The notes below the pieces were generated by a model. It ran no database searches, had not been told where the DNA came from, and saw only the letters and a list, made by a program, of their open reading frames with translations. From positions 40,206-104,205 of IMG/VR virus record IMGVR_UViG_3300045988_175722: DNA of 64,000 nt. The stretch is one strand, 5' to 3'. This document shows, piece by piece, positions 1 through 9,869 of this stretch (positions are counted from its first letter, which is position 1; every line of letters starts with the position of its first letter). The translations under genes and the position numbers were made by a program. Source of the stretch: a virus.

Positions 1-180
1 GATGGGGATAGACTTCCAGCTTTTGCGGATAAAATGAAGTATTTCATCATGTACAAAAAACATTGGTGGCAGAGGTATAGATACTTTAATGATTATTTCG
101 GCCGCCCCATGAAGTTTGGCAGCCAAGAGGAAGCCGAAGAGTATCTGGAAAGGAAAGGTATAAATTATAAGGGAAAATAA
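1..180 (+). CDS. hypothetical protein, 5' partial at window edge
   Basis: Frame 1 is open from base 1 to TAA at 178-180. There is an internal ATG at 34. The stop lies 2 nt before the next start. Confidence 0.3.
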   Translation, partial: DGDRLPAFADKMKYFIMYKKHWWQRYRYFNDYFGRPMKFGSQEEAEEYLERKGINYKGK

Positions 181-182
181 CT

Positions 183-638
183 ATGGCAAAGAAAGAAGAT
201 CCAAAGAAAGAACCGGCAGAAGAATATGCAGGTTTAGGTAAGGAAGTCTTCATCTGTAAGAGAAAAGACTTCGGCAATCCTTCCCTGTGGCACAAAGTTT
301 CTCTTGCCGATAATGGCACAGTTGCTATCTTCAGCGATTCTGCCACAGGTAAGCAAACGAGCAAGAAAAAGCCCCGTAGTTTCACCGGCACTTTCATACT
401 GGTAGATGATAAGAAAGCACGATATGAAGCTCAGATGTTGGCAGTAACGGTCTTGCCAGTATTCAGCAAGTCTATACTATCCATCACCATGCCTCATGTG
501 CCATTCCAGATGCGGGACGAGTTTACGAAGTTATATCGCAACCCTATCAATTTCTTCTATAATGAATTGGATGACCGCTTATCTTACTCTATCCGGAAGT
601 CGAAGTGGTTTCCATCGTTGGTAAAAAAAAGTAGGTAA
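183..638 (+). CDS. hypothetical protein
   Basis: 151-aa ORF packed head-to-tail with its neighbours. No motif recognised. Confidence 0.5.
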   Translation: MAKKEDPKKEPAEEYAGLGKEVFICKRKDFGNPSLWHKVSLADNGTVAIFSDSATGKQTSKKKPRSFTGTFILVDDKKARYEAQMLAVTVLPVFSKSILSITMPHVPFQMRDEFTKLYRNPINFFYNELDDRLSYSIRKSKWFPSLVKKSR

Positions 639-639
639 T

Positions 640-1395
640 ATGGCAGAAGAAAGTTTTTCAAAGCAGATCTATACCCTCGAAGACTTGGCAAATGATATGT
701 TCTGGCGAGACTCGAAAGAATTCCCGGCAGACCAGGTTTATTGGAACCACGGTCTTTGGGCAGAACAGGAGCGTTTACGCAAAGCTCTCGATAAAGGTAT
801 AGTGATTGACAATGAATGGTGCAATGAGAACTTCTGCATTCCGAGAACCCTGCATCATGGAATGTATGAATACTTAAAAGGTGCCGACGAGTTTCGTCAC
901 AGAGTAGGAGTTGTCTTGAACTATGGCGATAAATTTACGCAAGATGGTGCGTGCTCGTCCTTCTATTCAGGAGATACGAAATACCAGCAGCGTCCTGCAC
1001 CCGATTACGTCGCTCGTTATTTTGCTAAAAGAAGACAGACTATGACAGAGAAAAAAGTGTTATCCCTCGTCCTGGAAAAGAAATGGTTCAAGAAAATCGT
1101 TTCGGGCGAGAAGACGGAAGAATATCGGGAAATCAAACCCTATTGGGCTTCCCGACTGGTAAATCAGCAAGCCGAAAGTGGCGAGGTATTGTTTGATGAG
1201 TTTGGCGGCTATTGCCGTGTACTAGGCGAGCCGGAATACAAACCCTTTACCCACGTCCTCCTCTATGGCGGTTACGCCAAGGGGCGCCAGGTAGTAGAGA
1301 AGAAAATCGAAAGCATCTCCATCGGCAAACCGCAGAAGGGTATGTGTCCCGAAGAGTGGTTAAATAAAGATGTTTTCATCATCAAATTCAAGTAG
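640..1395 (+). CDS. hypothetical protein with a possible ASCH-like C-terminal domain
   Basis: 251-aa ORF. The C-terminal KKWFKKIVSGEKTEEYREIKPYWASRL resembles the ASCH-domain signature, judged by eye only. Confidence 0.5.
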   Translation: MAEESFSKQIYTLEDLANDMFWRDSKEFPADQVYWNHGLWAEQERLRKALDKGIVIDNEWCNENFCIPRTLHHGMYEYLKGADEFRHRVGVVLNYGDKFTQDGACSSFYSGDTKYQQRPAPDYVARYFAKRRQTMTEKKVLSLVLEKKWFKKIVSGEKTEEYREIKPYWASRLVNQQAESGEVLFDEFGGYCRVLGEPEYKPFTHVLLYGGYAKGRQVVEKKIESISIGKPQKGMCPEEWLNKDVFIIKFK

Positions 1396-1397
1396 CA

Positions 1398-1535
1398 ATG
1401 GTAAAGAGAGAAGAGAAATGTTGTGGTAACTGCTTCTGGTTTGACAACGAGGATGCTTATGGACAAGGCTGGTGTATTGATGAGCAGTGCGAAGTATCCT
1501 GCGGCAGCATTTGTGGTAATCATTTAAACAGATAA
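1398..1535 (+). CDS. small Cys-rich protein
   Basis: 45 codons below the track cutoff: MVKREEKCCGNCFWFDNEDAYGQGWCIDEQCEVSCGSICGNHLNR. It fills the gap between its neighbours. Confidence 0.35.
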   Translation: MVKREEKCCGNCFWFDNEDAYGQGWCIDEQCEVSCGSICGNHLNR

Positions 1536-1539
1536 GCGT

Positions 1540-1962
1540 ATGACACAAGAAGAATATATTAAATCATATCCTACTATACCCTGTACTGAGAGTGTAGATG
1601 CTGATGAGCTGGCAGAAGGTAGAATATATGCCGCAGAAACAATAGAAGCGGATTCGATATTAAAAAGGTCGTTTCTTTGCGTGAAGCAGGTATATCCTCA
1701 AGGCCTTGGAGTCTCACTTTATTTCGGAGTATATTTTGAAATAAATGGTACACTGGTTCATATATTGGATTCTCAAGCAGAACATTACCAGAGTGTGGCT
1801 TCTTCGCAATATGCCAATTTTATATATAAGAATATAGGCATACGACGAATTGACAATTACCATTTCTTTATCCCTGGCCAAGGGCAGGTAAAGAACGCCT
1901 TAAATATTCTCAGCAGTTTGGGGTATGAGTTTGTGGACGGTGAGATAAGAAAAAAGAAGTAG
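1540..1962 (+). CDS. hypothetical protein
   Basis: 140-aa ORF preceded by the recurring TAAGCGTATG junction. Confidence 0.5.
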   Translation: MTQEEYIKSYPTIPCTESVDADELAEGRIYAAETIEADSILKRSFLCVKQVYPQGLGVSLYFGVYFEINGTLVHILDSQAEHYQSVASSQYANFIYKNIGIRRIDNYHFFIPGQGQVKNALNILSSLGYEFVDGEIRKKK

Positions 1963-1965
1963 CGT

Positions 1966-2103
1966 ATGAAAGAAAGTCTTAGAGATTATTATTATCACCC
2001 GGAATTTACAATGATGGACAAGTCCTTTATGATAGTTCCTACCCCGAAAGATTTCGGGCAGTATTTACAACAGAAGAAACGTAATAGGAGAAGAAAGAAA
2101 TGA
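1966..2103 (+). CDS. small basic protein
   Basis: 45 codons (MKESLRDYYYHPEF...KKRNRRRKK). Start sits in a TAGCGTATG junction and the stop overlaps the next ATG (ATGA). Confidence 0.3.
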   Translation: MKESLRDYYYHPEFTMMDKSFMIVPTPKDFGQYLQQKKRNRRRKK

Positions 2104-2357
2104 CGTTAGAGTTATCGACGGAGGAAAAGATAATCGTAACTATTCTTTGGGTATTTACGATATTCTTCCTGGTGTTGGTTTCCGGAATATTGGAAGGTAG
2201 GCATGAGCCTATAAAGCCGCCGAATATTCCGCCACCGCCGCCTCCATCTCGCCCTCGCCCTCTGCCATTCCGTCGCAGATCAAGAGTAAGAACTAACAAA
2301 AGAAGAAAATATGTTATACGAAGCAAAACAAGGATCAAAGGCTTACGAATATATTAA
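2100..2357 (+). CDS. small membrane protein with a Pro-rich tail
   Basis: 85 aa with a hydrophobic segment IIVTILWVFTIFFLVLVSGIL followed by PPNIPPPPPPSRPRP. It overlaps the next gene by 47 nt. Confidence 0.35.
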   Translation: MTLELSTEEKIIVTILWVFTIFFLVLVSGILEGRHEPIKPPNIPPPPPPSRPRPLPFRRRSRVRTNKRRKYVIRSKTRIKGLRIY

Positions 2358-2832
2358 GAGTATTCTTGATGCGGAGAAAAGAGAGCGTCAGGCTTATATG
2401 GAGAGAGTAAAAGAAGCTGCGGGCTTCGAGTTCGATGATTACCTATGTTGTCTAGCTAACGACAGCAATGATCGAAAAATCGAAATATCCTATATCTGGG
2501 TGTCTTTTAAACGATACGAAACACTAGATAACAAGGCATGGCGAGTAATGAATTGGGATAAACGAGAGGATGGCCGATATGTAGCTATAGTGCCCAATAA
2601 GCGCTATAAGCAAGGAAGGCTATTAGCTGGCGTATTCGACTCCTATAAACCTGTCATCGGAAAAGATGAGATACTCAAGGAATTGGGAATAGATGTGTCT
2701 CATGTTAGCCCTTTTGGTAATAAAATTATGCTCTTTCGTCGTAAGGACTGCATTTTCGTTTCTTTTAATGACCGTGCCCGAGTCGAAGAGTGTAATCTTG
2801 ATTTCAATAAAGTCGAGATAGAAGGATATTAG
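2311..2832 (+). CDS. hypothetical protein, paralog of 3789..4337
   Basis: 173 aa. The N-terminus MLYEAKQGSKAYEYIK is identical in the paralog, and NKRYKQG is shared. Confidence 0.55.
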   Translation: MLYEAKQGSKAYEYIKSILDAEKRERQAYMERVKEAAGFEFDDYLCCLANDSNDRKIEISYIWVSFKRYETLDNKAWRVMNWDKREDGRYVAIVPNKRYKQGRLLAGVFDSYKPVIGKDEILKELGIDVSHVSPFGNKIMLFRRKDCIFVSFNDRARVEECNLDFNKVEIEGY

Positions 2833-2865
2833 AATTTTATTAATAGTGATAAAAGAAAATAGCGT

Positions 2866-3447
2866 ATGATTGCAGTAACATCTCCTCTCTTGGTAATTCT
2901 GTTTATGCTCTTAGTAATGCTTATATTTGTAATATGTGACAAGGTAAAAACAGAAAGATCTTATAGATTAAGTCATAGACTTTGGACAGGAGAGGAGAAA
3001 TGCCAATGGGATATAGAGTCTCAGTTCATCACTGGAGATTTGGTGTCAATAGATTCACATCTTGTATATGAAGTCTTGGGGCGTATTTCGGAAACGGAAT
3101 ATCTAGTCACTTATAATCGACTTTTGAAAAAGGGACACCTAGTCGTGCATGTATCTAACATGAATGGTATCAGAATTACACCTGAAAGATTGATACGTGC
3201 AGGTTTTTCCTGTCCGGACTATGATCCGGAAGATATACGTTTCGATGTGCCTTATAAAAAGGTGTTCAAAAAGGATGGAACTGAAGTTATGATAACTCAT
3301 AGCGCCAAGAGCACTATACTAAGAGACTATTGGAATGTTCATTTAGAACATTACGATTTTGTTACCCCGTCCAAAAAAGATATTGTTTACATCCACGAGT
3401 TGCAGCATTTTCTTTTTGGTCTAGGTCTTAATTATCGAGATGAATAA
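2866..3447 (+). CDS. hypothetical protein with an N-terminal TM helix
   Basis: 193 aa with the N-terminal segment SPLLVILFMLLVMLIFVI. Confidence 0.5.
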   Translation: MIAVTSPLLVILFMLLVMLIFVICDKVKTERSYRLSHRLWTGEEKCQWDIESQFITGDLVSIDSHLVYEVLGRISETEYLVTYNRLLKKGHLVVHVSNMNGIRITPERLIRAGFSCPDYDPEDIRFDVPYKKVFKKDGTEVMITHSAKSTILRDYWNVHLEHYDFVTPSKKDIVYIHELQHFLFGLGLNYRDE

Positions 3448-3521
3448 TTTTTAAAGCGTATAAAAGAAGGAGAACGTGCAGCCTTGGCTGCGAGATTAAA
3501 GTAATAAAAACATTAAAGATT

Positions 3522-3785
3522 ATGGCATGTGATTGTATTAGCAGAGTTGAAAAACTTATCAAGGCGCAGACCAACGAGAGTGGTTGTCTTGACACAAGTA
3601 TCGGTGTTCCATCGGGCATTGTGATGGTAAACATTTATGGTCTGTTCCATAAGCAGAAGAAGGATGGTTCCTTCTGCGAGAAGTGGAACAAGGTAAATAT
3701 CCTCCCAGAGTATTGTCCTTTCTGCGGCAAGAAGTATGTGGATGATAAGAAAGAAGATGTTCAACAGAAAGAAAAGGAGAAATAG
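3522..3785 (+). CDS. small zinc-ribbon-like protein
   Basis: 87 aa with CDC...CPFCG cysteine pairs. Confidence 0.45.
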   Translation: MACDCISRVEKLIKAQTNESGCLDTSIGVPSGIVMVNIYGLFHKQKKDGSFCEKWNKVNILPEYCPFCGKKYVDDKKEDVQQKEKEK

Positions 3786-3788
3786 TGT

Positions 3789-4337
3789 ATGTTATACGAA
3801 GCTAAACAAGGTTCAAAGGCCTACGAATACATTAAGGGTATTCTCGAAGCTGAAGAAAAAGAGTATCAAGCCTACATGAAAAGAGTAGATGAAGCCGTTG
3901 GCTTCGAGTTTGAGAAGTGGCAAGGTTATCAGCCTAACCGCAGTCTGCTGCGAGAGTATGAGATAACCGCTATCTGGGTACCGTCCGAGCGATATGAAAC
4001 GCTGGATAAGAAGGTATGGCGAGAGGTAGGTAGCCAGTTGTTTAATGATGGCCGTTACGTTTGCGTAGCGCCTAACAAGCGATACAAGCAAGGTAAGGCT
4101 ATCGCCGCTGTACTTGCCTCCTATAAAGCTACCACCAATCATTTCAAGATATTGAAGGAGTTAGACATAGGGGGTTCTCAAGGTAACTCTATCTCCATCA
4201 CTCAGCTTCTCCGTTGCAAGGACCGCATCTTCGCTTTCTTTGATGATAGCATTCGAGCCGAGAAGCGCAATCCTGATTTCACGGAAATCACGATAGGAGA
4301 GTATGAGGATCTTATTAATAGTGATAAAGAAGGATAG
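3789..4337 (+). CDS. hypothetical protein, paralog of 2311..2832
   Basis: 182 aa sharing the N-terminus and central motifs with 2311..2832. The 3' junction TTATTAATAGTGATAAA...TAGCGTATG is also duplicated. Confidence 0.55.
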   Translation: MLYEAKQGSKAYEYIKGILEAEEKEYQAYMKRVDEAVGFEFEKWQGYQPNRSLLREYEITAIWVPSERYETLDKKVWREVGSQLFNDGRYVCVAPNKRYKQGKAIAAVLASYKATTNHFKILKELDIGGSQGNSISITQLLRCKDRIFAFFDDSIRAEKRNPDFTEITIGEYEDLINSDKEG

Positions 4338-4340
4338 CGT

Positions 4341-4805
4341 ATGAAGATAAATATGAATCATGTAAAGGAGAAGATAGCAGGCATTATCTTTGACCTTATC
4401 ATAGAATCGGGCAGTAAGTCTAAATTCTTCCGTAAGTACACCAACCATCGCTTCCGTAAGCAGTACGAACGATTGAAGGATGATTCCTATTTTCATCAGT
4501 ATAAACGCAACAACGCTTTAGAAAAAGCAAATAGTAAGCTGCATGAAAGGATCAGCGCTTTAAATTACAGACTTCACTCTATTTATGATGCGGTGAAAGT
4601 CGTAGCTACGGAGTACCCTAAGAACATCCCGTGCCCTCACGGAGAAAAAGATGAAGAAAACGATTGCCCCGTCAGAACAGATTCCACTGAATGCTGGTGC
4701 TGCCCAGGTTTCGTATGTAGAATACCTGAAAAAGGTACCATTATCTGTTGGAACGAGAACTTTGAACAGAGTGAGGATTTAGAAAATAAAGAAAAAGAAG
4801 AGTAA
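4341..4805 (+). CDS. hypothetical protein, Cys-rich C-terminus
   Basis: 154-aa ORF with a C-terminal cysteine cluster CPHG...CPV...CWCCPGFVC. Confidence 0.5.
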   Translation: MKINMNHVKEKIAGIIFDLIIESGSKSKFFRKYTNHRFRKQYERLKDDSYFHQYKRNNALEKANSKLHERISALNYRLHSIYDAVKVVATEYPKNIPCPHGEKDEENDCPVRTDSTECWCCPGFVCRIPEKGTIICWNENFEQSEDLENKEKEE

Positions 4806-4838
4806 TAATCAGTAACAAAGAAATTAATAGAAAAAGAT

Positions 4839-5663
4839 ATGGCAAAGAATAACGATTATCTTGTAAAAGCAAAAGAGTACCTAGCCGCAATGAAGACTAT
4901 GTACAACCTAGAGCAGTTGGCAGATGGGGTCCGCCCTGATAAATACAAGTACATCTGTCAAAAGTATGGTATTGATGAGGGCGAAGCCATGAACATGTAC
5001 TCTGTTCTTCAGAAGATGAAGAAGGAGTATTACATGGTGAACTATAAGGACTCGGCAGCCTTGGAGCGCGTCCTGTCTATCGCTGAGGAAGCCTATGTTA
5101 CCTACAAGCATGATCGTGTTGATTTTTATGTAGAGCTACACTCCCCTGAAACAAGATACAAGTATATTCTTGTAAGTTTCCACAAACCAGGCGAAAAGTT
5201 GGTTCAACAGGAATTCAATATAACAGACCCGAAAACCTTTCCGGCTGTTACCGACATGATGAATAACGGCTTCGAGATTGTCGGAATGTCACGACAGGCA
5301 GACGAGATAGAAAGTACAAAGTACGATGGAGTCGATGACAATAGAAGGATTTACATCCCTATCTATGATGGCGACGTGCTCCTCTGCTACTTAGAGAATC
5401 CTGACAGTATTTTCTCTCATCATAAAGAATGTGGTCTCTATCTCTGCCATGCTGGTGTTTATCATCGCCTCGTCTATACTCCTGGCAAGGGGTACGTAAG
5501 ACATCATGAGCCAGATGAGGATGAAGATTTCGAGTTGGATATTAGCGAAGAGCCTTTCAGCCAGTACGTCTTGACATTATCTAAGAGATTTCGTAAGTTG
5601 GGTAATATTCATTCCGGCATCGGGTTCCTCATGGAAGAAGATAACAAGAAAGAAGAGAAATAG
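4839..5663 (+). CDS. hypothetical protein
   Basis: 274-aa ORF with no motif recognised. Confidence 0.55.
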   Translation: MAKNNDYLVKAKEYLAAMKTMYNLEQLADGVRPDKYKYICQKYGIDEGEAMNMYSVLQKMKKEYYMVNYKDSAALERVLSIAEEAYVTYKHDRVDFYVELHSPETRYKYILVSFHKPGEKLVQQEFNITDPKTFPAVTDMMNNGFEIVGMSRQADEIESTKYDGVDDNRRIYIPIYDGDVLLCYLENPDSIFSHHKECGLYLCHAGVYHRLVYTPGKGYVRHHEPDEDEDFELDISEEPFSQYVLTLSKRFRKLGNIHSGIGFLMEEDNKKEEK

Positions 5664-5666
5664 CCT

Positions 5667-6008
5667 ATGACAAAGCAAGAGTTGTTATCTAGCCCTGCCT
5701 TTCAGACGGCGGGGGATGATGCTATTATCTATCTCGTAGCATGGTTCGATGGTGGTCCATGGATAAGATATGTTACAGCTCCTAAGAAAGAGGATCAAAC
5801 TAGAGATTGCATTCGTTTCCGCTCATTTGAACCGCTGATTAGCAAGATACGTCTGTTGACAAATCTTTCTTTTCTCCATTCAAGGGGAGGTAAAGTTTTG
5901 ACCTTCCAGTATCCAAATGGCTGGCATAAAACGGGAGAATGCAGCGTTGATATTGACTCAGACGAAAATATCGTAATTAGAGAAAAAAATAAAAGAAGAA
6001 GATTATGA
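5667..6008 (+). CDS. hypothetical protein
   Basis: 113-aa ORF whose stop overlaps the next start. Confidence 0.5.
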   Translation: MTKQELLSSPAFQTAGDDAIIYLVAWFDGGPWIRYVTAPKKEDQTRDCIRFRSFEPLISKIRLLTNLSFLHSRGGKVLTFQYPNGWHKTGECSVDIDSDENIVIREKNKRRRL

Positions 6009-6712
6009 AAAGTAAATTAAAGTATTACACCCAGGTTATAGGTGTTAATTTGTTGGCGGCATTGGTACCGATCCTTGCCGTTATCCTTATCTATGGTCTC
6101 GGCAAGCTGAAGAATATCTATACACACCCTTGCGTTTTATCGCAGGAGATATACGATTGCTGCCTAGAGGCAACCATTGTAGTATTGGCTGGGTTCTCCG
6201 TAGGTCTCTTGTTTGTCGGTTGGGCTGATAAGTGGCGAAAGACAAAACTCAGTGTTCTAAAAATCAAAAGAGAGCGTGAGGAAGAAAAAAGAGCTGCCAA
6301 AATCTGTCTTGCTATGGGAGTAGATCCTACTATAGATAGAGTAGAGCCTGAAGTGAATACGGCAGAGCAGGAGAATGCGCCTGTACCTGGTGATTCCGAG
6401 TTCGAGGATATTTCCGGATTGACAGTTAAGGAGATTTGGGAACTCTATAAGGGGCGTGAGATAGATCTTTTAGGTGGTAATGTTTTTATTGCTGGTTACG
6501 ACGAGGCGCCTAACTTCGTTGTTGTCGGCACTAAATTAGCTCAACCTAGTATAAGTTATGACGAGATGGTAGAAAGGATGGCTAGTAAAGACCCCGATAA
6601 GTGGCATGTAGAAAAAGGCTATGCGGATTACGGAACACTTTCTACCGAATACGTCCACGTTTACAAAAAAGAAGCAATAATTAGATGCAGAAGCTTATGG
6701 CAGCACGCCTAA
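6005..6712 (+). CDS. membrane protein
   Basis: 235 aa with two hydrophobic segments near the N-terminus. Confidence 0.5.
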   Translation: MKSKLKYYTQVIGVNLLAALVPILAVILIYGLGKLKNIYTHPCVLSQEIYDCCLEATIVVLAGFSVGLLFVGWADKWRKTKLSVLKIKREREEEKRAAKICLAMGVDPTIDRVEPEVNTAEQENAPVPGDSEFEDISGLTVKEIWELYKGREIDLLGGNVFIAGYDEAPNFVVVGTKLAQPSISYDEMVERMASKDPDKWHVEKGYADYGTLSTEYVHVYKKEAIIRCRSLWQHA

Positions 6713-7029
6713 GTGATTACAAGACGTATTACGCCAATCTTTATTATACAAACCCATCGGCATGTGAAGGTAAGGCATTCTTTATGCGTCCTATCCCGGA
6801 ACACATGAAGCAGTTCTTACCTGTTGCCGATGCGGATGCAGCTATAGCGCAAGCTCTATCTTTTGCGAAAGCTCATCCCGATTTCTGCATGAAAAGGTTA
6901 TGTGTAGTAACGTCTTTCTATACAAAGAAAGACAATTATAATTACCGTACAGATTACCAGTGGTACAGATGGGATAAAACTTTGCATAATTTTGAGCGAG
7001 ACGAATATCAGAAAGATGTGCATTGGTAA
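6685..7029 (+). CDS. hypothetical protein
   Basis: 114-aa ORF. Confidence 0.45.
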   Translation: MQKLMAARLSDYKTYYANLYYTNPSACEGKAFFMRPIPEHMKQFLPVADADAAIAQALSFAKAHPDFCMKRLCVVTSFYTKKDNYNYRTDYQWYRWDKTLHNFERDEYQKDVHW

Positions 7030-7057
7030 TATAGAAAGAATAATAAAAAGAATTGTT

Positions 7058-7675
7058 ATGAAGAAGAATTATTTGTTTGATGTTGGCGGCTTGCTACAGG
7101 TGCTGCAAGCCATCCAGGAGGGAAAGCCCGTGGAGTATCGTCCATTAGAGGAACCTAATTGGCGAGAGTTCAACCCAGAGGATTGCGGTATTGATACTGA
7201 GAACTGTAAATATCGCGTTAAGCCTTGCGAGTATGGAGACAGCTCGGGTATAGAACCTATCCGTCCGGAAGATTTAGAGGAAGACAGAATCTATCTTTTG
7301 AGAAGCCGAGATTACGGTAATGATAAGGGATTTCTTTGCGTAAAAAGTAATATGTGGAAATGGAATAAGTTAATGTCTTTGCATTTTTCTTATATTATTG
7401 AGAATGACAGTAGCGCTGTGTTGAGTATATGCGATCCTAATACCTGGAAATGTAGTCATAGCGAGTACTCGGAAAGTTTTGCCAACAGCATTTCCTCTAA
7501 TCTCGCAGTTTGTAACTTTGATGATGTAGTGTGCTATGAGCCATCTTTAGCACAAGTTCAGATGCTGGAGTCTAAGCTGCGCGAAATAGGTTATGAGCTC
7601 AAAAACGGAGAAATGATAAAGATAGATGAAAACGAAGAACAAACAACAAGGCATGAATGCAGAACAGCAAAATGA
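7058..7675 (+). CDS. hypothetical protein
   Basis: The track ORF is 6992..7675. The first ATG after the upstream stop is at 7058 (MKKNYLFD). Confidence 0.5.
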   Translation: MKKNYLFDVGGLLQVLQAIQEGKPVEYRPLEEPNWREFNPEDCGIDTENCKYRVKPCEYGDSSGIEPIRPEDLEEDRIYLLRSRDYGNDKGFLCVKSNMWKWNKLMSLHFSYIIENDSSAVLSICDPNTWKCSHSEYSESFANSISSNLAVCNFDDVVCYEPSLAQVQMLESKLREIGYELKNGEMIKIDENEEQTTRHECRTAK

Positions 7676-8000
7676 TACGGCGAGTTTCTTGCGTATACCC
7701 GTTCCTTGCTTCATGCTTCCTTTGTATAAGGAAAGAAAAATAAACATAGCATTCGTACCTTTTTACTCAGAGTGGAAGAAAGAATTGCTTTTGTCAGAAA
7801 AGCCTACAGGTGATGGAGGCATGGAATACATTTTTAAGCAATATGATTTCGTGCAGATATACAATGAAGATGATCCATCCATGCAGGTAACGAGAATGTT
7901 TCAGGGATTTGCCCTGGATAGTTGCGGAACTCCCGAGGAGAAGAAGAAAACTCCATCGGTAGGCATTAACTTTAATCAGGTTGTTATCTATTTCAGATAG
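7626..8000 (+). CDS. hypothetical protein
   Basis: 124-aa ORF. The start is uncertain because it overlaps the previous gene. Confidence 0.4.
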   Translation: MKTKNKQQGMNAEQQNDTASFLRIPVPCFMLPLYKERKINIAFVPFYSEWKKELLLSEKPTGDGGMEYIFKQYDFVQIYNEDDPSMQVTRMFQGFALDSCGTPEEKKKTPSVGINFNQVVIYFR

Positions 8001-8052
8001 ATAAAGTAATTTGCCCGTAGGTAAGTCAAGAAAATAAAAAGATTTATAGATT

Positions 8053-8706
8053 ATGGAAAAGATTGAATTTACGAAGGAACAGATAGAAAAGATAGCTGAA
8101 GACATCAGCGTAATCTGCTTCCGCTCTAACTCGGAGGCAAAGAAGTTTTTGCTTATGGAATATCCGAAGGTTAAAGATGTGTTTGGTAACTCTTGTATCT
8201 GGGATGATCCTATCTATAATAAGGAACACCCCCAGGAAGTGAAAAGCGTGCTGCCTAGTTTTGAGGCAGTGCATACTTTTGGCTCACCGGCTTTATTCAA
8301 ACCAACTCTTGCTGAGATTATCCAGGCTTGCCCTATCAACCTTCTTGGGAACTTTAACGCTGTCACTATCCATTATAATGGTTTTGCAGAGAATGCTTCC
8401 AAGCATCAGAGTATCGTGACTCCTTACGTGATTTGTGAGAAGAAGAAGCCATTCGTTCCTTGTTTCAGTGATGAAGAGGAGAAGAAGCTGCATCCTTCGC
8501 CATTGAAGATAGGCGACCTTGTAGGTACTATCATTGACGAGTTCTGCCAGGTAAGCATTGATACTATCCAGCCTGATACCCGCAACCTTCAGACCTTATT
8601 TGAGGGTCCGATGAATGAAGTCCCCGAGAAGTACCTGGATAAGCATTTCCGTCCGATAGAGATTATTAAGGACTACGGAGATGAGATACATTTAATCATT
8701 AACTAA
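8053..8706 (+). CDS. hypothetical protein
   Basis: 217-aa ORF. Confidence 0.5.
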   Translation: MEKIEFTKEQIEKIAEDISVICFRSNSEAKKFLLMEYPKVKDVFGNSCIWDDPIYNKEHPQEVKSVLPSFEAVHTFGSPALFKPTLAEIIQACPINLLGNFNAVTIHYNGFAENASKHQSIVTPYVICEKKKPFVPCFSDEEEKKLHPSPLKIGDLVGTIIDEFCQVSIDTIQPDTRNLQTLFEGPMNEVPEKYLDKHFRPIEIIKDYGDEIHLIIN

Positions 8707-8714
8707 GCTTTATC

Positions 8715-9296
8715 ATGTTTGAGATATACGTTAAAATGAAGAGAAAGAAGTGCTGGAAACTCGCTATAGAGGTTCCCAACGCTTGGGGTGGAATGCCTCA
8801 CCTTTGGATGTATTTAGAAAAGAAATACCTTCCATCTTACGTACCGGTAGGAGTTGATGGGAAACCGCTGGATATGGAATGGGTGAAGGAAAAACAGGCA
8901 AAAGGTGAATATGCAAGCCGTTGGGTCTATGCTTCATCCAAAAAGGAGATTGAGGACCTACAGAAAGATTTCCGCCTAACTTATGAGGAAATGATGGTAT
9001 TCAGATCTACTTTTGATTTTGCAAAGGTTCTAGGCGAAGATATACCAGTTTACCTTGAATGCTTGAAGGTTGTCGCTGATGAATGTGGAGGCATATATCC
9101 ACAACAATACGAAAAGCTGAGAGCCTTTATTAAGGTTCATAGCATAAATGACATAGAGGCAATCGCCTTCAACCAGACAAGCGTAAACTGTGCCTATGAT
9201 TTCTTTGGCAACAGATATAATGCGCCAGTAGATAACTTTTGGGACTGTATGTGTCCAAAGGATTTTTACAACAACCTCAGAAAAGAAACGAAATGA
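8715..9296 (+). CDS. hypothetical protein
   Basis: 193-aa ORF. Confidence 0.5.
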   Translation: MFEIYVKMKRKKCWKLAIEVPNAWGGMPHLWMYLEKKYLPSYVPVGVDGKPLDMEWVKEKQAKGEYASRWVYASSKKEIEDLQKDFRLTYEEMMVFRSTFDFAKVLGEDIPVYLECLKVVADECGGIYPQQYEKLRAFIKVHSINDIEAIAFNQTSVNCAYDFFGNRYNAPVDNFWDCMCPKDFYNNLRKETK

Positions 9297-9799
9297 ATGC
9301 AAGAGCGTTTTTCGATCTGGTGACTAATATAAATAGTAAGATTATGAAAAGAAATTTTAAGTATATGATTAAAAAAGCTGTCGTTAAGCTGAATGACGCA
9401 TTAGAACTTCTCTTGTCGGCCACCCTAATCTATGCTTTAGAAAAACTGGCGATTATCGTTCTCTCTCCTAACCCACCAACGCAAGAGGTGCAAGCCCGCT
9501 TCATTTTTGCTCTAATAGTAGTCTTTCTCGACATCATTTATTATTTCATTATCGATTTCTTCACGATAAACTGGAGAAGATGGAGAAGAAGAAGGCTTGC
9601 GAAGTTAAAGGCGCAGAAAGATACAGAAAAGTCTCGAACAGCAGCAGAGAATAGTAAGCTAGCGGCTGCGATTATCCAGGCAGAAATAGAGAAGGGCATG
9701 GCGGGTTTTTGGGGAGGTATAGAAATTCCGCAAAGGCGGATGAGTAAGGAAGGTATCAATAAGACTGAAACGTTAAAAGATAAAAAGAAAAAACAATAA
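9293..9799 (+). CDS. membrane protein
   Basis: Frame of track ORF 9239..9799. The ATG at 9293 overlaps the upstream stop (ATGA). TM segments are present, plus an RRWRRRR stretch. Confidence 0.45.
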   Translation: MNARAFFDLVTNINSKIMKRNFKYMIKKAVVKLNDALELLLSATLIYALEKLAIIVLSPNPPTQEVQARFIFALIVVFLDIIYYFIIDFFTINWRRWRRRRLAKLKAQKDTEKSRTAAENSKLAAAIIQAEIEKGMAGFWGGIEIPQRRMSKEGINKTETLKDKKKKQ

Positions 9800-9808
9800 G
9801 ATTACTAG

Positions 9809-9838
9809 CCCCCGTTCCCAGCGATTCCATCGCTGGTC
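9809..9838 (+). repeat. gene-boundary hairpin element copy 1
   Basis: CCCCCGTTCCCAGCGATTCCATCGCTGGTC, 10 nt after the stop at 9799. Confidence 0.85.
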
Positions 9839-9869
9839 AGCAGGCAAAAGCAGCGGCGGGCAATACCCT

